A DNA stretch of 63,680 bases, counting the filler, from Lama guanicoe (taxonomy: Eukaryota): NCBI GenBank assembly GCA_013239625.1. It is 171 parts of 171 records of this genome, joined end to end, with 100 filler letters (N's around TTAATTAATTAA, not from the genome) between each part and the next. Parts side by side here need not be neighbours in the genome. Positions count along the whole stretch, not along the records: positions 63,407 to 63,680 come from PNXV01051888.1; 170 more parts are not named here. The stretch is one strand, 5' to 3'. Positions 63,307 to 63,680 of the stretch are shown here, in pieces. The position numbers and the translations under genes are program-made. The notes beneath the pieces were generated by a model that did no database searches, was not told where the DNA came from, and saw only the letters and a list, made by a program, of their open reading frames with translations. Every line of letters begins with the position of its first letter. Position 1 is the first letter of the stretch.

Positions 63307-63680
63307 NNNNNNNNNNNNNNNNNNNNNNNNNNNNNNNNNNNNNNNNNNNNTTAATTAATTAANNNNNNNNNNNNNNNNNNNNNNNNNNNNNNNNNNNNNN
63401 NNNNNNCAAATTTTCCTGGGACTTCAGATCTCAAGAAGAAAAGCAGGAAATAGGTAAGTGGCAAAGTTAAAGGAGTTAGGACCGAGGGATCATTGTTGGC
63501 CAACAGAGCTGGGGAGGCATCCTCCTATACGGGGAAGGGATTGCTGAAGGGTAGGGAGGGTTTGTGAACAGAGGAGGGCAATCAAAGACTCATGAGCCCA
63601 GATGTAAATCTGTGGGCGAGTCCCTGGGGCTAGGAGGAGGAGAGCCTGGTCTGAGCTAGGGGGTTTGTTAAAGGAGCAGT

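Noticed and set aside
273..63406. CRISPR-like or regularly interspaced repeat array (constant palindromic repeat with unique equal-length spacers)
   Set aside because: The repeat is embedded in N runs and is a synthetic six-frame-stop linker. The 'spacers' are length-sorted mammalian contigs, and there are no cas genes.

Overview
This window is not a contiguous locus. It is an artificial concatenation of about 171 unrelated short contigs (272-274 nt, sorted by increasing length). They are joined by an identical 100-nt linker, N44-TTAATTAATTAA-N44, which puts stop codons in all six frames. Nothing may be inferred across a linker, and most ORFs in the supplied track are artefacts. The DNA is mammalian and most likely camelid, based on several Vic-1-type tRNA-derived SINEs and artiodactyl-type L1 3' ends. 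It is dominated by LINE-1, L2, MIR, MaLR/ERV LTR and DNA-transposon fragments. Real gene pieces are the first coding exon of NOVA1, a 107-nt catalytic-site exon of a group IIA-like secreted phospholipase A2 that carries Glu instead of the canonical Ca2+-binding Asp49, a frameshifted ERV gag (capsid) fragment, and a few unassigned candidate exons. Three pairs of contigs are divergent copies of each other with exactly 49 identical nt at both ends, which marks them as de Bruijn bubbles with k about 49. There is also a candidate ~248-bp satellite monomer and an E-box-rich ~22-bp minisatellite. I find no evidence for a multi-gene novel system. The most biologically interesting item is the Glu49 sPLA2 exon. 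Repeat family names are assigned from recalled consensus similarity, not from a database search.
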